From contig JARGGI010000001.1 of assembly GCA_029210775.1 (NCBI GenBank), forward strand, positions 16,493 through 80,492: a stretch of DNA of 64,000 bases, given 5' to 3'. This DNA is from Patescibacteria group bacterium (GTDB lineage: Bacteria > Patescibacteriota > Minisyncoccia > JAHIHE01 > JAGLIN01). The notes beneath the pieces were generated by a model. The model was given only the letters and a program-made list of their open reading frames with translations, was not told the origin of the DNA and ran no database searches. The translations under genes were made by a program, and so were the position numbers. Of the stretch, positions 43,710 to 54,609 are shown in pieces; position 1 is the first letter of the stretch, and each line of letters begins with the position of its first letter.

Positions 43710-44813
43710 ATGAAAAATGAAAACAAAAATAATGAACAAATTTTGGAAGAAGCATTAGATCTTTGGGAAAATGGAAAATCAGTTTCAAAGATTTTAAGTT
43801 TATTTCCAAATCAAAGAAAAATGCTCAAAGAAGTTTTTTCCACTTTTACAATTTTAGATAATGAGAAAAATAATATATCAAAACCAGAAGAATTATTAGA
43901 CAATGTTATTTCTCAAATTGTAAAAGAAAATAAAAATGGAATAAACCTAAAAGAAAAAAGAATTATTGAAGATATAAAAATTATTAAAAAAAATCCTATA
44001 AAACAAAAAAGGGAACTTTTAAATGACAATAATATTAAATCAAATTATATAGCTCTTGAAAAAAAAGATAAAAAAATAACAACTGAAAAAAATAATATAA
44101 TTCATCAGGACGATAAAACAAAAGTTGAAAAATTGATTGTTTCTAAAAGCCTTTTAGTTTTTAATAAAAAATTATTTATTGAATTGTTTGCGGTTCTGTT
44201 TATTGTCATCATCATTGCTGTAATATTTTTAATACTTAACAGCAAAACTCCTTCTTTGGTAAATGATATTTCCGACAAACTGAAATTAGAAAATGAGATT
44301 CTTAAAAAAGAAATTGATGACCTTGAAAAGACAAATAACACTTTTATTGCAGATGAAATAGACCAAATTATTGAACGGTCAAATCAAAGCGAAAGCATTG
44401 TTCTGGTTGATGAATTAGATAATTTTGAAAAAGAACTTGCATTTGAATTAGACAGTCTACTCATTGAGATTAATAACCTTGAAGACAGTGCATCTTTGAA
44501 AGTTTCTGCAGAAAATTTAATTAATTCTATAAATTCAATCGTTAATAAATATGTTAATTTCTCAAATCGTATAAATATCAAAATCCAGTATCTTAAAATT
44601 AGCGGGAAAGATGTAACAAAATTAGAATCTCAATCAGAAAAAGCAAGTGAAAATTTACAAAATATAAAAGATGAAATTGACAAAATTGAAATAGAGAAAA
44701 TTAATTATAAAAATCTCAGGGAAAATTTTATAAAAAAAACCGAAGATAACCTAAGAAATATACAGTCAGAATATTTTCAAATCATAGGTGAAATAAAAAT
44801 GATGGAAAATTAA
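43710..44813 (+). CDS. Hypothetical protein with a central TM and a C-terminal coiled coil
   Basis: 367-aa ORF; one hydrophobic helix; heptad-rich. Confidence 0.7.
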   Translation: MKNENKNNEQILEEALDLWENGKSVSKILSLFPNQRKMLKEVFSTFTILDNEKNNISKPEELLDNVISQIVKENKNGINLKEKRIIEDIKIIKKNPIKQKRELLNDNNIKSNYIALEKKDKKITTEKNNIIHQDDKTKVEKLIVSKSLLVFNKKLFIELFAVLFIVIIIAVIFLILNSKTPSLVNDISDKLKLENEILKKEIDDLEKTNNTFIADEIDQIIERSNQSESIVLVDELDNFEKELAFELDSLLIEINNLEDSASLKVSAENLINSINSIVNKYVNFSNRINIKIQYLKISGKDVTKLESQSEKASENLQNIKDEIDKIEIEKINYKNLRENFIKKTEDNLRNIQSEYFQIIGEIKMMEN

Positions 44814-44850
44814 TAAAAGAAAAACTAATTTATTAATCAACTTTGAATAA

Positions 44851-46455
44851 ATGAATCCGAATCTTTTTCGAAAATTGAAAAAATGGAGAGATGAAACGGC
44901 CAAAAAAGAAATGGTTGAGGGGTTTCGAGTTATCCCAAACAGGGCGATTGAGGATGTTGCAATTCTTGAACCAAAAACAAGAGAAGAGTTGACTAATATC
45001 AAAGGAATAAAAGATAAAAAATATTATAAATATGGAAAAGAAATAATTGATATTGTGAAAAGTGAATCAGAAAAAACACAAAACGAAAAGGATCAACCAT
45101 TTTTTCTACCCACCAGACGATCTAATAGAAATATTATCATTCCGCAAACGGAAAATTCTTCTTATGAAAAAATAAGACCATTTGTCCAGGATAATGATAA
45201 TAAAATTGAAAAAACGGATAAAATCTATTCTGTAAGTGAATTTCTTGATCGCTTGAATGAAAAGCTAATGTCTGAGGAAATGAGAGTGAAAGGTGAAATC
45301 ACAAGCGTTGACGAAAGAGAAAAGGTTATTTATTTTAGCTTGAAAGATAAAGAAGATGAAAGCGTTGTCAATTGCCTAATATTTCGATATCAATATGAAA
45401 TTTCAGGTATAAAACTTGAAATTGGAAATGAGATAATTGCAAATGGATATCCAGAAATTTATAAACCAACAGGAAGATTGAGTTTAAATGTAAACCTAAT
45501 TGAAATTGCTGGGCAAGGCGCTCTCAAAAAAGCTTATGACAAGCTTAGAGAACAATTTGAAAAAGAAGGCCTGTTTGCGTTGGAAAGAAAAAAACAATTA
45601 CCAAAACTCCCACAAACAATAGCGCTTATAACCTCATCGCAAGGAGCTGCAATTGGGGATTTCACAACAAATTTAGGAAATTACGGATTTAAGATTAAAT
45701 TCATTAACTCAAACGTAGAAGGAAAAAAAGCAATTTTTGATCTTATAAAAGCAATAAAACAAGTTAAAAGAATGAAAAACTTAGATGTTTTAGTGATAGT
45801 TCGAGGTGGTGGAAGCTTAGAAAGTCTGCAAGCGTTTAACAATGAAAAACTCGTTAGAGAGATAATTACTCTCAAAATTCCTATAATTTGCGGAATAGGT
45901 CACGAAAAAGATATTTCTCTTGTTTCTTTAGTTGCTGACAGCGCAGTTTCAACGCCTACCGCAGCAGCGCGAACCGTAAGAGATTCTTGGGATAGAGCAG
46001 TAGAAAAATTAAGTCACGATGAATCTATTATTATTAATTCATTTGAAAGACATTTGTATAAGTCAAAACAAAAAATTGAAACATTATCTTTTCACTTGAG
46101 TCATAAATTTGAAAATATTCTACAAAGATTTTCTGATATAAAAAATGATTTTGTAAACATATTAGATAATATAAAATATTCAATTGAAGGCTTAAAAGAA
46201 AAAATTGAAAATTACAAAAAATCAATCTTGTCTAATTATAATCAGGCTGTTTATAATGCAAAAGATAAAATTATTAATTTCGAGAATATAATTAATATTA
46301 ACAATCCAGAAAGACAATTAAAACTCGGCTATAGTATTGTTTCACTTGAAGGAAATATCATTAAAAGCATAGAACAGATAAAAAAGGGGGATACTCTTGA
46401 TATAAAAATTTCAGACGGCAACATCAAAACTGAAGTCAAAGATATAAAAAAATAA
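44851..46455 (+). CDS. xseA: Exodeoxyribonuclease VII large subunit with N-terminal HRDC domain
   Basis: LKKWR..A...F.V...P.T..EL..IKGI..K...YG (HRDC); OB fold; RGGGS.E.L..FN; GIGHE.D; TPTAAA. Confidence 0.92.
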   Translation: MNPNLFRKLKKWRDETAKKEMVEGFRVIPNRAIEDVAILEPKTREELTNIKGIKDKKYYKYGKEIIDIVKSESEKTQNEKDQPFFLPTRRSNRNIIIPQTENSSYEKIRPFVQDNDNKIEKTDKIYSVSEFLDRLNEKLMSEEMRVKGEITSVDEREKVIYFSLKDKEDESVVNCLIFRYQYEISGIKLEIGNEIIANGYPEIYKPTGRLSLNVNLIEIAGQGALKKAYDKLREQFEKEGLFALERKKQLPKLPQTIALITSSQGAAIGDFTTNLGNYGFKIKFINSNVEGKKAIFDLIKAIKQVKRMKNLDVLVIVRGGGSLESLQAFNNEKLVREIITLKIPIICGIGHEKDISLVSLVADSAVSTPTAAARTVRDSWDRAVEKLSHDESIIINSFERHLYKSKQKIETLSFHLSHKFENILQRFSDIKNDFVNILDNIKYSIEGLKEKIENYKKSILSNYNQAVYNAKDKIINFENIININNPERQLKLGYSIVSLEGNIIKSIEQIKKGDTLDIKISDGNIKTEVKDIKK

Positions 46456-46467
46456 TTTATTAAAAAT

Positions 46468-46674
46468 ATGGAAAAAATTAATCTAAGCGAATCACTTAAA
46501 AAACTTGAAAAAATTGTTGATTGGTTTGAGACTCAAGAAGAAATAGATATTGAAAAAGGTCTTGAAAAAGTAAAAGAAGGCGTAAAACTTATTAAATCAA
46601 GCAAAGAACGATTGAAAAATGTTGAGAACGAATTTGAGGAAGTGAAAAAAGAGATAGATAGTGCCCAAGAGTAA
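46468..46674 (+). CDS. xseB: Exodeoxyribonuclease VII small subunit
   Basis: LEKIV..FE..DIEKGL...KEGVKL; directly after xseA. Confidence 0.9.
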   Translation: MEKINLSESLKKLEKIVDWFETQEEIDIEKGLEKVKEGVKLIKSSKERLKNVENEFEEVKKEIDSAQE

Positions 46675-46806
46675 CAAATAGTATTTTCAAATTTAAATTT
46701 AGTGTATAATGAAATTAGGTTGTAGCTGTTTATTTTTTTAGAATTATCAAGATGCGTTTGGTGTCCTTCTAAATTTATTTGATAAGCTTAAAGTAACTTA
46801 TATTTT

Positions 46807-47991
46807 ATGCCCAAATCTAAACAATTAAAATTCCCAAAAGACTTTCTATGGGGGTCTTCGGTTTCTTCTTATCAAGTTGAAGGTGGAAATGTAGAATGCG
46901 ACTGGTCTGAAAAATTTCCTGCAAAAACTGCTTGTAACTATTATATTAATTATGAACATTTTTTTGATTTAGCAAAAGAATTAAATCAAAATGTGCATAG
47001 GCTCTCCTTGTCTTGGCCAAGAATTCAGCCGATGGAAGGAAGATTTGAAAGAAAGCCAATTGAGCATTATCGAAAAATGTTATTAGCTTTAAAAGAAAGA
47101 AACATTAAGTCAATGGTCACGATCTGGCATTGGACACTTCCTCTGTGGATGTCTGAAAAAGGTGGTTGGGAAAATTCAAAATTTTCTGATTACTTTCAAC
47201 AATACACAAAATTTGTCGTTGAAGAATTAGATGATTTAGTAGATTTTTGGTTGACTACAAATGAACCTATGATTTACACTTCTCTTTCATATGTTTTAGG
47301 AAAATTCCCACCACAAAAAAATAATCTTCTCTTAGTTCCAAAAGTATTTTATAATTTTGTAAAAACCCACAAAAAAGCATATAACACTATACATGACATT
47401 AACAAAAATGCAAAAGTTGGTATTGCTCATAGTATTTCTTATGTGGATAACTTTAATCCGAAATCAATCTTAAATAGAACTGTATCAAAATCTTTCAATT
47501 TCTTTAAAAACTCTTTGTTTTTGGAACTTGTGAAAAATCATCAAGATTTTATTGGTGTCAATTATTATTTTCATGACAGAGTAAGACTTGATCCATTCTC
47601 TTTTCCTCCCATCAAAGTTCAAAATGAAAACAAAAGTGTCACCGATTTGGGGTGGGAAATATATCCAGAAGGTCTTTACAACATACTGTGTAATCTTAAA
47701 AAATATAATTTACCGATTTACATTACTGAAAATGGTCTTGCGGATAAAAAAGATAAAGAAAGATCAAAATTTATTAAACGACATTTACAATCTATTCATC
47801 GAGCAATTGAAAGTGGAGCAGATGTAAGAGGATATTTACACTGGTCTCTTATAGATAATTTTGAATGGACTGAAGGATATGGTCCAAGATTTGGTCTTGT
47901 GGAAATGGATTACAAAACAATGAAAACAAAAATTCGTCCAAGTGCGCTATATTATGCTGAGATTTGCAAAGAAAATCAATTGACAAATTAA
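46807..47991 (+). CDS. Glycoside hydrolase family 1 (beta-glucosidase-like)
   Basis: FPKDFLWG, YQVEG, NEP, ITENG, WSLIDNFEW, RFGL. Confidence 0.93.
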   Translation: MPKSKQLKFPKDFLWGSSVSSYQVEGGNVECDWSEKFPAKTACNYYINYEHFFDLAKELNQNVHRLSLSWPRIQPMEGRFERKPIEHYRKMLLALKERNIKSMVTIWHWTLPLWMSEKGGWENSKFSDYFQQYTKFVVEELDDLVDFWLTTNEPMIYTSLSYVLGKFPPQKNNLLLVPKVFYNFVKTHKKAYNTIHDINKNAKVGIAHSISYVDNFNPKSILNRTVSKSFNFFKNSLFLELVKNHQDFIGVNYYFHDRVRLDPFSFPPIKVQNENKSVTDLGWEIYPEGLYNILCNLKKYNLPIYITENGLADKKDKERSKFIKRHLQSIHRAIESGADVRGYLHWSLIDNFEWTEGYGPRFGLVEMDYKTMKTKIRPSALYYAEICKENQLTN

Positions 47992-48019
47992 TTATATTAT
48001 TTAATTTTAAAATATTTAT

Positions 48020-48919
48020 ATGATATCTTGGATTTTAATCACAATAATTGCACATTTTTTAAACGCTACTGTCTACATTATAGACAAACACATTGTATCA
48101 AACACGACCCTAAAGCCAGTGGCCTATACATTTTATTCGGGCGTTTTTCAAATATTATTTATCGCCCTCATTCCAATTATAGGATTTACAATGCCAAAAA
48201 CTGAATTTTTTATACTTGGAATTTTAAATGGAGCTTTATTCATTTTGGCACTCCTAATTTTCTACAAAGCCTTAAGACTAAGCGAAGCATCAAGAGTTAT
48301 TCCTGTTGTTGGAGCTACAATTCCAATTTTTACTGTCATTATATCTTATTTTATTTTGGGAGAGTTTTTGGCTGTTAAACAATTTTTAGCTTTTTCATTC
48401 TTTATTATTGGTGGTTTCTTATTATCTTCAAGATTAGATCACGGTCATTTCAAGATGATTAAAGGATTTTTATTGGCCACCGTTGCTGGTTTTCTTTTTG
48501 CCCTGTATTATACTTTGATAAAATATTTATATCTGCACTTGAGTTTTTTTGATGGATTTATTCTTTTTCAAATTGGTGGTTTTGTGGGAGCAATATTTTT
48601 GCTTGTTTCAAAGAATAATCGAGAGAAAATATTTTCAACACCCAAAACAATCAAAAAGGGGACAGCCTATTTATTTGTTCCAAATAAAATTCTTGCAGCT
48701 ACTGCGGCTATCATGATTTTTTACGCAATTTCAATTGAAGGCAGTACAGTTTCTATAATTAATTCCTTGCAATCAATTCAATATGTTTTTATATTATTTT
48801 TTGCAATAATACTCTCCAAAAAACTTCCTAATTTATACAAGGAACAAATAAATAAAAAAGTTATCATGCGAAAAATAATTGCTATGATAATAATTGGAAT
48901 CGGACTTTTCATAATTTAA
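48020..48919 (+). CDS. EamA/DMT family transporter
   Basis: About 10 TM helices; YKAL..EASRVIP; LGE. Confidence 0.8.
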   Translation: MISWILITIIAHFLNATVYIIDKHIVSNTTLKPVAYTFYSGVFQILFIALIPIIGFTMPKTEFFILGILNGALFILALLIFYKALRLSEASRVIPVVGATIPIFTVIISYFILGEFLAVKQFLAFSFFIIGGFLLSSRLDHGHFKMIKGFLLATVAGFLFALYYTLIKYLYLHLSFFDGFILFQIGGFVGAIFLLVSKNNREKIFSTPKTIKKGTAYLFVPNKILAATAAIMIFYAISIEGSTVSIINSLQSIQYVFILFFAIILSKKLPNLYKEQINKKVIMRKIIAMIIIGIGLFII

Positions 48920-48939
48920 AATTAATTAATTTCAAAAAA

Positions 48940-49959
48940 GTGAAATTTTACAAGAAAATAATAAAAAAACACAAAAAAATTATATTATTACTTTCTATCT
49001 TAATTGGATTGGCTATTTTTTTTGCAATTCCAAAAAATGGCGGAAATGTAATTTATGGGGTTACTTTTTCAAAACCATTTGCAGAACATCTCGGATTGGA
49101 TTGGAAAGCAACCTATTTAGCGCTTTTAGATGATGCAGGAGTAAAAAGAGTTCGCCTGCCGTCATATTGGACAGAAATTGAATCGCAAAAAGGAGTCTAT
49201 AATTTTAAAGATCTGGACTGGCAAATTCAGGAAGCTCAAAAACGAGACGTGAAAATCATTTTGACTCTTGGACAAAAACAACCAAGGTGGCCCGAGTGCC
49301 ACATTCCAAAATGGGCTGAAGACTTAAATGAACACGAAAGACAAACAAAGCTTATTGATTTTATATCCAAAGTCGTAGAACGCTACAGAAATAGGGAAAA
49401 TATAATCAATTGGCAAATTGAAAATGAACCCTTTTTGCCTTTTGGAGAATGTCCAAAATTTAATAAAAACTTTTTTGACCGTGAAGTTGCACAAGTTCGT
49501 TTACTAGACAGCAGATCTCTTATAATTTCTGATAGTGGGGAACTTAGTACTTGGTATAGAGCGTCAAGCAGGGCTGATATCCTTGGAACAACTTTATATA
49601 GAATTGTTTGGAATGATACAGTTGGTTATGTACACTATCCCATCACATCAATTGCTTACAGATTAAAAGCGGCTATTATTATGCTTATGACAGGTGTCGA
49701 TAAAATTATTATAGTTGAATTACAAGCAGAGCCGTGGGGCCCTAAAATGATTATTGAAACACCACTCCATGAACAATATAAGTCAATGAGTCCAGAACAA
49801 TTTCAGAAAAATATTGAATTTGTAAAACATGTTGAATTTTCTGAAGCATATCTTTGGGGAGGGGAATGGTGGTATTGGCTCAAAACAGTCAAGGGTGATG
49901 ATCGAATTTGGAATCAAGCAAGAAAAGTTTTTTCCGAATCTGCAAAACTTGAGAAATAA
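48940..49959 (+). CDS. Membrane-anchored clan GH-A glycoside hydrolase-like protein
   Basis: GVTFS, VRLPSYW..IE, PRWPECH, WQIENEP, ELQAEPW. Confidence 0.7.
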   Translation: MKFYKKIIKKHKKIILLLSILIGLAIFFAIPKNGGNVIYGVTFSKPFAEHLGLDWKATYLALLDDAGVKRVRLPSYWTEIESQKGVYNFKDLDWQIQEAQKRDVKIILTLGQKQPRWPECHIPKWAEDLNEHERQTKLIDFISKVVERYRNRENIINWQIENEPFLPFGECPKFNKNFFDREVAQVRLLDSRSLIISDSGELSTWYRASSRADILGTTLYRIVWNDTVGYVHYPITSIAYRLKAAIIMLMTGVDKIIIVELQAEPWGPKMIIETPLHEQYKSMSPEQFQKNIEFVKHVEFSEAYLWGGEWWYWLKTVKGDDRIWNQARKVFSESAKLEK

Positions 49960-49997
49960 TAGTAAAGACAATTTAATTAAAAAAAATCAAATTATCT

Positions 49998-50918
49998 ATG
50001 ATAAATATATATAAAAAAACACTAAAGGACTCAGAGCTTAAAAACTTGAAGAACTTTGAAGAAGGAAGTTGGGTTTCTGTTGTCAATCCAAATATTGATG
50101 AAATTAAAATCCTTGAAAAGAAACTCGATTTAGATCTTACTATTGTTGAAGATGCGTTAGATGAAAATGAAATATCTCGAATTGAAAAAAATGGAGAAAA
50201 ATTTTATATAATTATTCGCTTTCCATTTCAAAGTGATTTAAATGCTATGACAATGCCCTTGTTAGTTGCTATTACAGAAGATCATATTGTAACGCTATGT
50301 AAAGAAAAAAATGAACTTATAGAAAATATTATAAGAAAAGGAAACTCATTTTACACAACACATAAGACAAATTTTATATTAAGAGTTATTTTGGAGGTAT
50401 TTAACAATTATGACTTACATCTTAATAAAATATTAAAAGACATAAAAATCAAAAAAATAAATTTGAATAAACTTGAAAATAAAGATATTTTGTTTCTTGT
50501 TCAAGAAGAAGAAACTTTAAATGATTTTATTTCTTCCCTTGTTCCTATTATAAATAATCTTGAGAGAGTTTTGAGTGGAAGATATATCCCAATATATGAA
50601 AAAGACAAAGATATGATTGAGGATTTGTTTATGGACAGCAAACAAACACTCGAAATATCAAAAACTGCACTTAAATCAATGAAGAATATACGAGAAGCCT
50701 ATTCAACAATTTTAACAAATGAACTTAATAAAATTATGAGAATTCTAACAGTCGCAACAATTATATTAACAGTACCAACAATAATTTCAAGTATATATGG
50801 AATGAACATATCATTGCCAATACAAAATAATTCTTCAGCTTTTCTAATTATAATTTTAATTATAATTTTATTTTCTTTATTATTTTTTATGATAATAAAG
50901 AAAAAAAAGTGGATGTAA
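49998..50918 (+). CDS. corA: CorA family Mg2+ transporter
   Basis: YGMN signature; two C-terminal TMs. Confidence 0.9.
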   Translation: MINIYKKTLKDSELKNLKNFEEGSWVSVVNPNIDEIKILEKKLDLDLTIVEDALDENEISRIEKNGEKFYIIIRFPFQSDLNAMTMPLLVAITEDHIVTLCKEKNELIENIIRKGNSFYTTHKTNFILRVILEVFNNYDLHLNKILKDIKIKKINLNKLENKDILFLVQEEETLNDFISSLVPIINNLERVLSGRYIPIYEKDKDMIEDLFMDSKQTLEISKTALKSMKNIREAYSTILTNELNKIMRILTVATIILTVPTIISSIYGMNISLPIQNNSSAFLIIILIIILFSLLFFMIIKKKKWM

Positions 50919-50972
50919 TTAATTTTTCTTTATCATATAAAACATAAAATTTTAATAATTAAAGACAAAATT

Positions 50973-51287
50973 ATGATTATTACAACAACAGATAATATTT
51001 CTGGCAAAGAGATTATCGAGACAATTGGATTGACAAAAGGAAATACTGCCCGAGCAAGAAATGTTGGTCGCGATATTTTTGCTTTTGCAAAAAACATCGT
51101 TGGAGGGGAAGTTTTGGAATATACCAAACTCATTGCTGAATCAAGAAAGCAAGCAATAGACAGAATGAAGGAGGATGCAGAAAAAATGGGCGCAAATGCC
51201 ATTGTTGGTTTGAGGTTTTCAAGCACAACAATTAGCAGTGGTATTTCGGAAGTTTTAGTTTATGGAACAGCAGTAAAAATTAAATAA
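50973..51287 (+). CDS. UPF0145/YbjQ family protein
   Basis: MIITTT..I.G, VGGE..YT.L..ESR, GANAIVG, YGTAV. Confidence 0.9.
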   Translation: MIITTTDNISGKEIIETIGLTKGNTARARNVGRDIFAFAKNIVGGEVLEYTKLIAESRKQAIDRMKEDAEKMGANAIVGLRFSSTTISSGISEVLVYGTAVKIK

Positions 51288-51642
51288 ACAAAACCGTGGA
51301 AGAAAATCTAAATTTTTTTGTAAAATGTCTATTGCTAATATAATTAGCGCTATTTATGTTTTTTATATATGCGTTAATTATAAAATTTTTTGAAAGACTA
51401 AAAGAACCTAAAAACGATAAATATAAAAATCTCAAAAAATAATTCATTAAAAATCTAAATATTTATCTAATATTTCAAGCCTATATAGTGGTATATTTAT
51501 ATAATATAGTCACTATTGACTAAATGTTAGATTGCCTGTAAGATGAAGGTGTAACTTAAAAATAAATAAATAGCCTTCCAGGGGCTGTTTTAAAAAAATC
51601 AAATTTGTATACAATATTAATAAATACTTACAACTCAAAACT

Positions 51643-51837
51643 ATGAATATTATAAAAGAAATAAAAAAATATATTACAGAAGTAAAAAATGAAGCAAAGA
51701 AAGTCAGCTGGCCAAGTAAAAAAATAACAATAAAAGACTCTGTTATTGTTATCGGCATAAGCCTTGCAACTGCAGCATTTTTAGGCGGAGTAGATTATAT
51801 TCTAACTATAGTTATCGAAAAAGTTGTTGTAAATTAA
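51643..51837 (+). CDS. secE: Preprotein translocase SecE
   Basis: E.KKVSWP plus TM; precedes nusG. Confidence 0.92.
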   Translation: MNIIKEIKKYITEVKNEAKKVSWPSKKITIKDSVIVIGISLATAAFLGGVDYILTIVIEKVVVN

Positions 51838-51875
51838 GTTTAAAAAATATCCATTTTAATTATTAAGTAAAAAAT

Positions 51876-52421
51876 ATGCCAAAGCAAACAGCGGATTTTG
51901 GAAAAAATTGGTATGTCTTGCACACATATTCAGGTTATGAAGATAATGTTTGCAGAAACCTCAAACAAAGAATTGAATCCATGGGCATGGAAGAAAAAAT
52001 ATTTGATGTGCTTGTTCCAAAAGAAAAAAAGATAAAAATCAGAAACGGGAAAAGAAAAGTCATAGAAGAAAGAATTTTTCCAGGGTATGTAATGGTTGAG
52101 ATGATTGTAAATGATGACTCATGGTATGTTGTTCGAAATACTCCAAATGTTACTGGATTCGTTGGATCTGGTACAACACCAACTCCAATATCAGAAGAAG
52201 AAATGATTACACTAAAAAAAAGAATGGGAGTAAAAGAACCGAAATACAAGATTGATGTTTTGCAAGGCGATATGATAAAAATCATAGACGGACCATTCAA
52301 AGATTTCGACGGTAAAGTAGATGGAATTGATGAAGAAAAGGGCAAAGTCAAGATTTTAGTGCAAATGTTTGGACGCGAAACTCCACTTGAATTAGATTTT
52401 TTACAAATTAAAAAAATGTAA
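51876..52421 (+). CDS. nusG: Transcription termination/antitermination factor NusG
   Basis: WYVLHTYSGYE, FPGYV, KOW GPF, FGRETP. Confidence 0.97.
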   Translation: MPKQTADFGKNWYVLHTYSGYEDNVCRNLKQRIESMGMEEKIFDVLVPKEKKIKIRNGKRKVIEERIFPGYVMVEMIVNDDSWYVVRNTPNVTGFVGSGTTPTPISEEEMITLKKRMGVKEPKYKIDVLQGDMIKIIDGPFKDFDGKVDGIDEEKGKVKILVQMFGRETPLELDFLQIKKM

Positions 52422-52449
52422 AGTAATTAAATTAATTTAAATTATCAGT

Positions 52450-52875
52450 ATGGCAAAAAAAATTCAAAAATTAGTTAAACTTCAAATACCAGCAGGAAAA
52501 GCAAATCCAGCTCCACCAATTGGACCTGCACTTGGTCAAGCTGGAATCAATATCCAAGAGTTCTGCACGAGATTTAACAATGAGTCAAAGGATCTTGGAA
52601 ATGACATTATTCCAGTTGAAATTTCTGTATATGAGGATAAATCCTATACATTTATAATGAAAACTCCTCCAGCATCAGCGCTTTTAAAAAAGGCTGCTGG
52701 TGTCCAAAAAGGATCAAAAGAACCACAAAAAGACAAGGTTGGGAAAGTAACAAAAGCACAACTCCAAGAAATTGCAGAATTGAAAATGAAAGATTTAAAT
52801 GCAAATACAGTTGAAGGTGCGATGAACATTATCGCAGGAACTGCAAGAAATATGGGAATTAAAATTGAAGAATAA
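52450..52875 (+). CDS. rplK: 50S ribosomal protein L11
   Basis: [27 protein letters not shown]. Confidence 0.98.
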   Translation: MAKKIQKLVKLQIPAGKANPAPPIGPALGQAGINIQEFCTRFNNESKDLGNDIIPVEISVYEDKSYTFIMKTPPASALLKKAAGVQKGSKEPQKDKVGKVTKAQLQEIAELKMKDLNANTVEGAMNIIAGTARNMGIKIEE

Positions 52876-52902
52876 TATATTTATTTTAAAAACATCTAAA
52901 CT

Positions 52903-53370
52903 ATGGAAGAAAAAAATATAATATCAAACAATTCAAAAAAACATAAAATTATTCTTTTGATTTTAGTTTTGCTTTCTTTATTTATTATTACTTTCGTCTT
53001 AAACTCTAACACGGCTTCCAAAGATGATTATGATAGTATTGATAAGGTTGAAAAATCAGATGAGAAAAAATTTTCTGTGACTTTAAGGATTGATAATGGA
53101 AAGGGAGATGAAAAAAAGGAATATGAGCTAAATGAAATTTCAAAGAAAACAACTGTATTTGACATTTTAAACAAAAATGTCACAATAAAATATAATAATG
53201 ATTATGATTACGGAGTTTTTATAGAAAGTATAGATGGAATAAATAACGGAGATGAAGGAAAATATTGGCAATATTATATCAATAATAAGCTTGGGGATGT
53301 TGCAGCTGACAAAAAAACGATGCAGGAAGGCGATATAGTTGAGTGGAGATTTGAAGAAGATTCGTTTTAG
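52903..53370 (+). CDS. DUF4430 (transcobalamin C-terminal-like) membrane-anchored protein
   Basis: TVFDIL, YGVFIESIDG, YWQYYINN, GDIVEWRF. Confidence 0.75.
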   Translation: MEEKNIISNNSKKHKIILLILVLLSLFIITFVLNSNTASKDDYDSIDKVEKSDEKKFSVTLRIDNGKGDEKKEYELNEISKKTTVFDILNKNVTIKYNNDYDYGVFIESIDGINNGDEGKYWQYYINNKLGDVAADKKTMQEGDIVEWRFEEDSF

Positions 53371-53390
53371 TTATATTTGTAATTATTGAA

Positions 53391-53495
53391 TGTCATTACG
53401 AAGGAGTTGCAACAACTGAAGCAATCCCAGAACTATGTGCAGAGAGTTTAATCACGAAATTACTTCATCGCCCTGTAGGACTCTTCGCAATAACA
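53391..53495. repeat. GTCATTGCGAG-family palindromic element (degenerate)
   Basis: tgtcattacgaaggag...gaagcaatccc...attacttcatcg...cttcgcaataaca. Confidence 0.6.
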
Positions 53496-53511
53496 GTAAA
53501 GCTCAAAAAAT

Positions 53512-54072
53512 ATGAACAAATTAAAATTTATTTCAGCAATAATACTAATTCTTATTGGAATAGCGGGAAGATTTTTCTTGGTAAGTTATGCTGGAATTCC
53601 TAATTTTGAGATAATAACAGCAATAGCTTTGATTTCAGGAATATATTTAGGAGGCGTTTATGCCATTGTCATTCCTCTTTCAATAATTTTTTTGAGCGAT
53701 TTGGTAATTGGAAATACATATATTTTTATTTTTACATGGACAGCGTTTGCGTTGATTGGATTGTTTGGATTTTTGTTTAAAAACAAACTGAAAAAGAAAC
53801 TTCTTTTTAATTCTATTTTAATAGGAATTACTTCTTCTGTATTTTTTTATCTTTATACTAATTTTGGTTGGTGGCTTATGTCTGGAATGTATGAATATAG
53901 CTTATCAGGACTTATACGATGTTATTGGATGGCAATTTTGTTTTTTAGAAATAATTTAGTCGGAAATTTGATTTTTGTACCGTTAGGAATTTATACTGCA
54001 TCAAAAGTATTTAACTATTCCCAAAAAAGATGCTATTATTTTTCTGCCAACAAAAATGAGAGGACTTTATAA
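53512..54072 (+). CDS. ECF S-component-like membrane protein (DUF6580/CbrT/BtuM-like, putative cobalamin uptake)
   Basis: R...PNF..I.A.AL..G, SD..IG, FYLYTNFGWW, Y..SL.GL..CY..A..FF.N. Confidence 0.65.
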   Translation: MNKLKFISAIILILIGIAGRFFLVSYAGIPNFEIITAIALISGIYLGGVYAIVIPLSIIFLSDLVIGNTYIFIFTWTAFALIGLFGFLFKNKLKKKLLFNSILIGITSSVFFYLYTNFGWWLMSGMYEYSLSGLIRCYWMAILFFRNNLVGNLIFVPLGIYTASKVFNYSQKRCYYFSANKNERTL

Positions 54073-54553
54073 AATTGAAGATATAATAAGAAGATATAAA
54101 AATCATCCAGATGAGTTAAACTTGATGATTGATGAAAAAAAAATAGGAATAATAAACAAAAACAGAACTAAGAGAGAGAAAGAATTGCTGAAATGTGACT
54201 TAAAAATACTTAAGAAAGCTCTTAAAGAAATAAATAAATTGATAATCAGAGAAATAATTTCAAAAGTCACGCCAGCTATCATAAGTTTATTTTTTATTGT
54301 TAATGAAATTCTTTATATTAAAAACAATATCAATCTTATTCAACAAGATGTTTATTTGCACAATGTTCTTTCAGTTATTGTTTTACTAAAAATGGTTATT
54401 ATTTTTTTTGTTTTACCTTTATTTTTATTTGAAAAATCAGTTAATCATTTTCTCAGATTAGACTCGCAATTTTTTCCAATTAGTTTTTTTTATAATTCTC
54501 TATATTTTTTAATATTTCTTATAGTTACAATCAAAGTTTTTGAATATATCTAA
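54056..54553 (+). CDS. Hypothetical membrane protein
   Basis: 165 aa; three C-terminal hydrophobic segments; overlaps the upstream stop. Confidence 0.55.
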   Translation: MRGLYKIEDIIRRYKNHPDELNLMIDEKKIGIINKNRTKREKELLKCDLKILKKALKEINKLIIREIISKVTPAIISLFFIVNEILYIKNNINLIQQDVYLHNVLSVIVLLKMVIIFFVLPLFLFEKSVNHFLRLDSQFFPISFFYNSLYFLIFLIVTIKVFEYI

Positions 54554-54575
54554 ATTAATAATTTAACAACTAACC

Positions 54576-54609
54576 GTGGGAGCGTTAAAATTTAATGCGC
54601 TTGAACCAC
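54576..54609 (+). promoter_or_regulatory. L1-binding autoregulatory leader
   Basis: GTGGGAG-stem-TTGAACCAC, mimicking the 23S L1 site, directly upstream of rplA. Confidence 0.7.
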
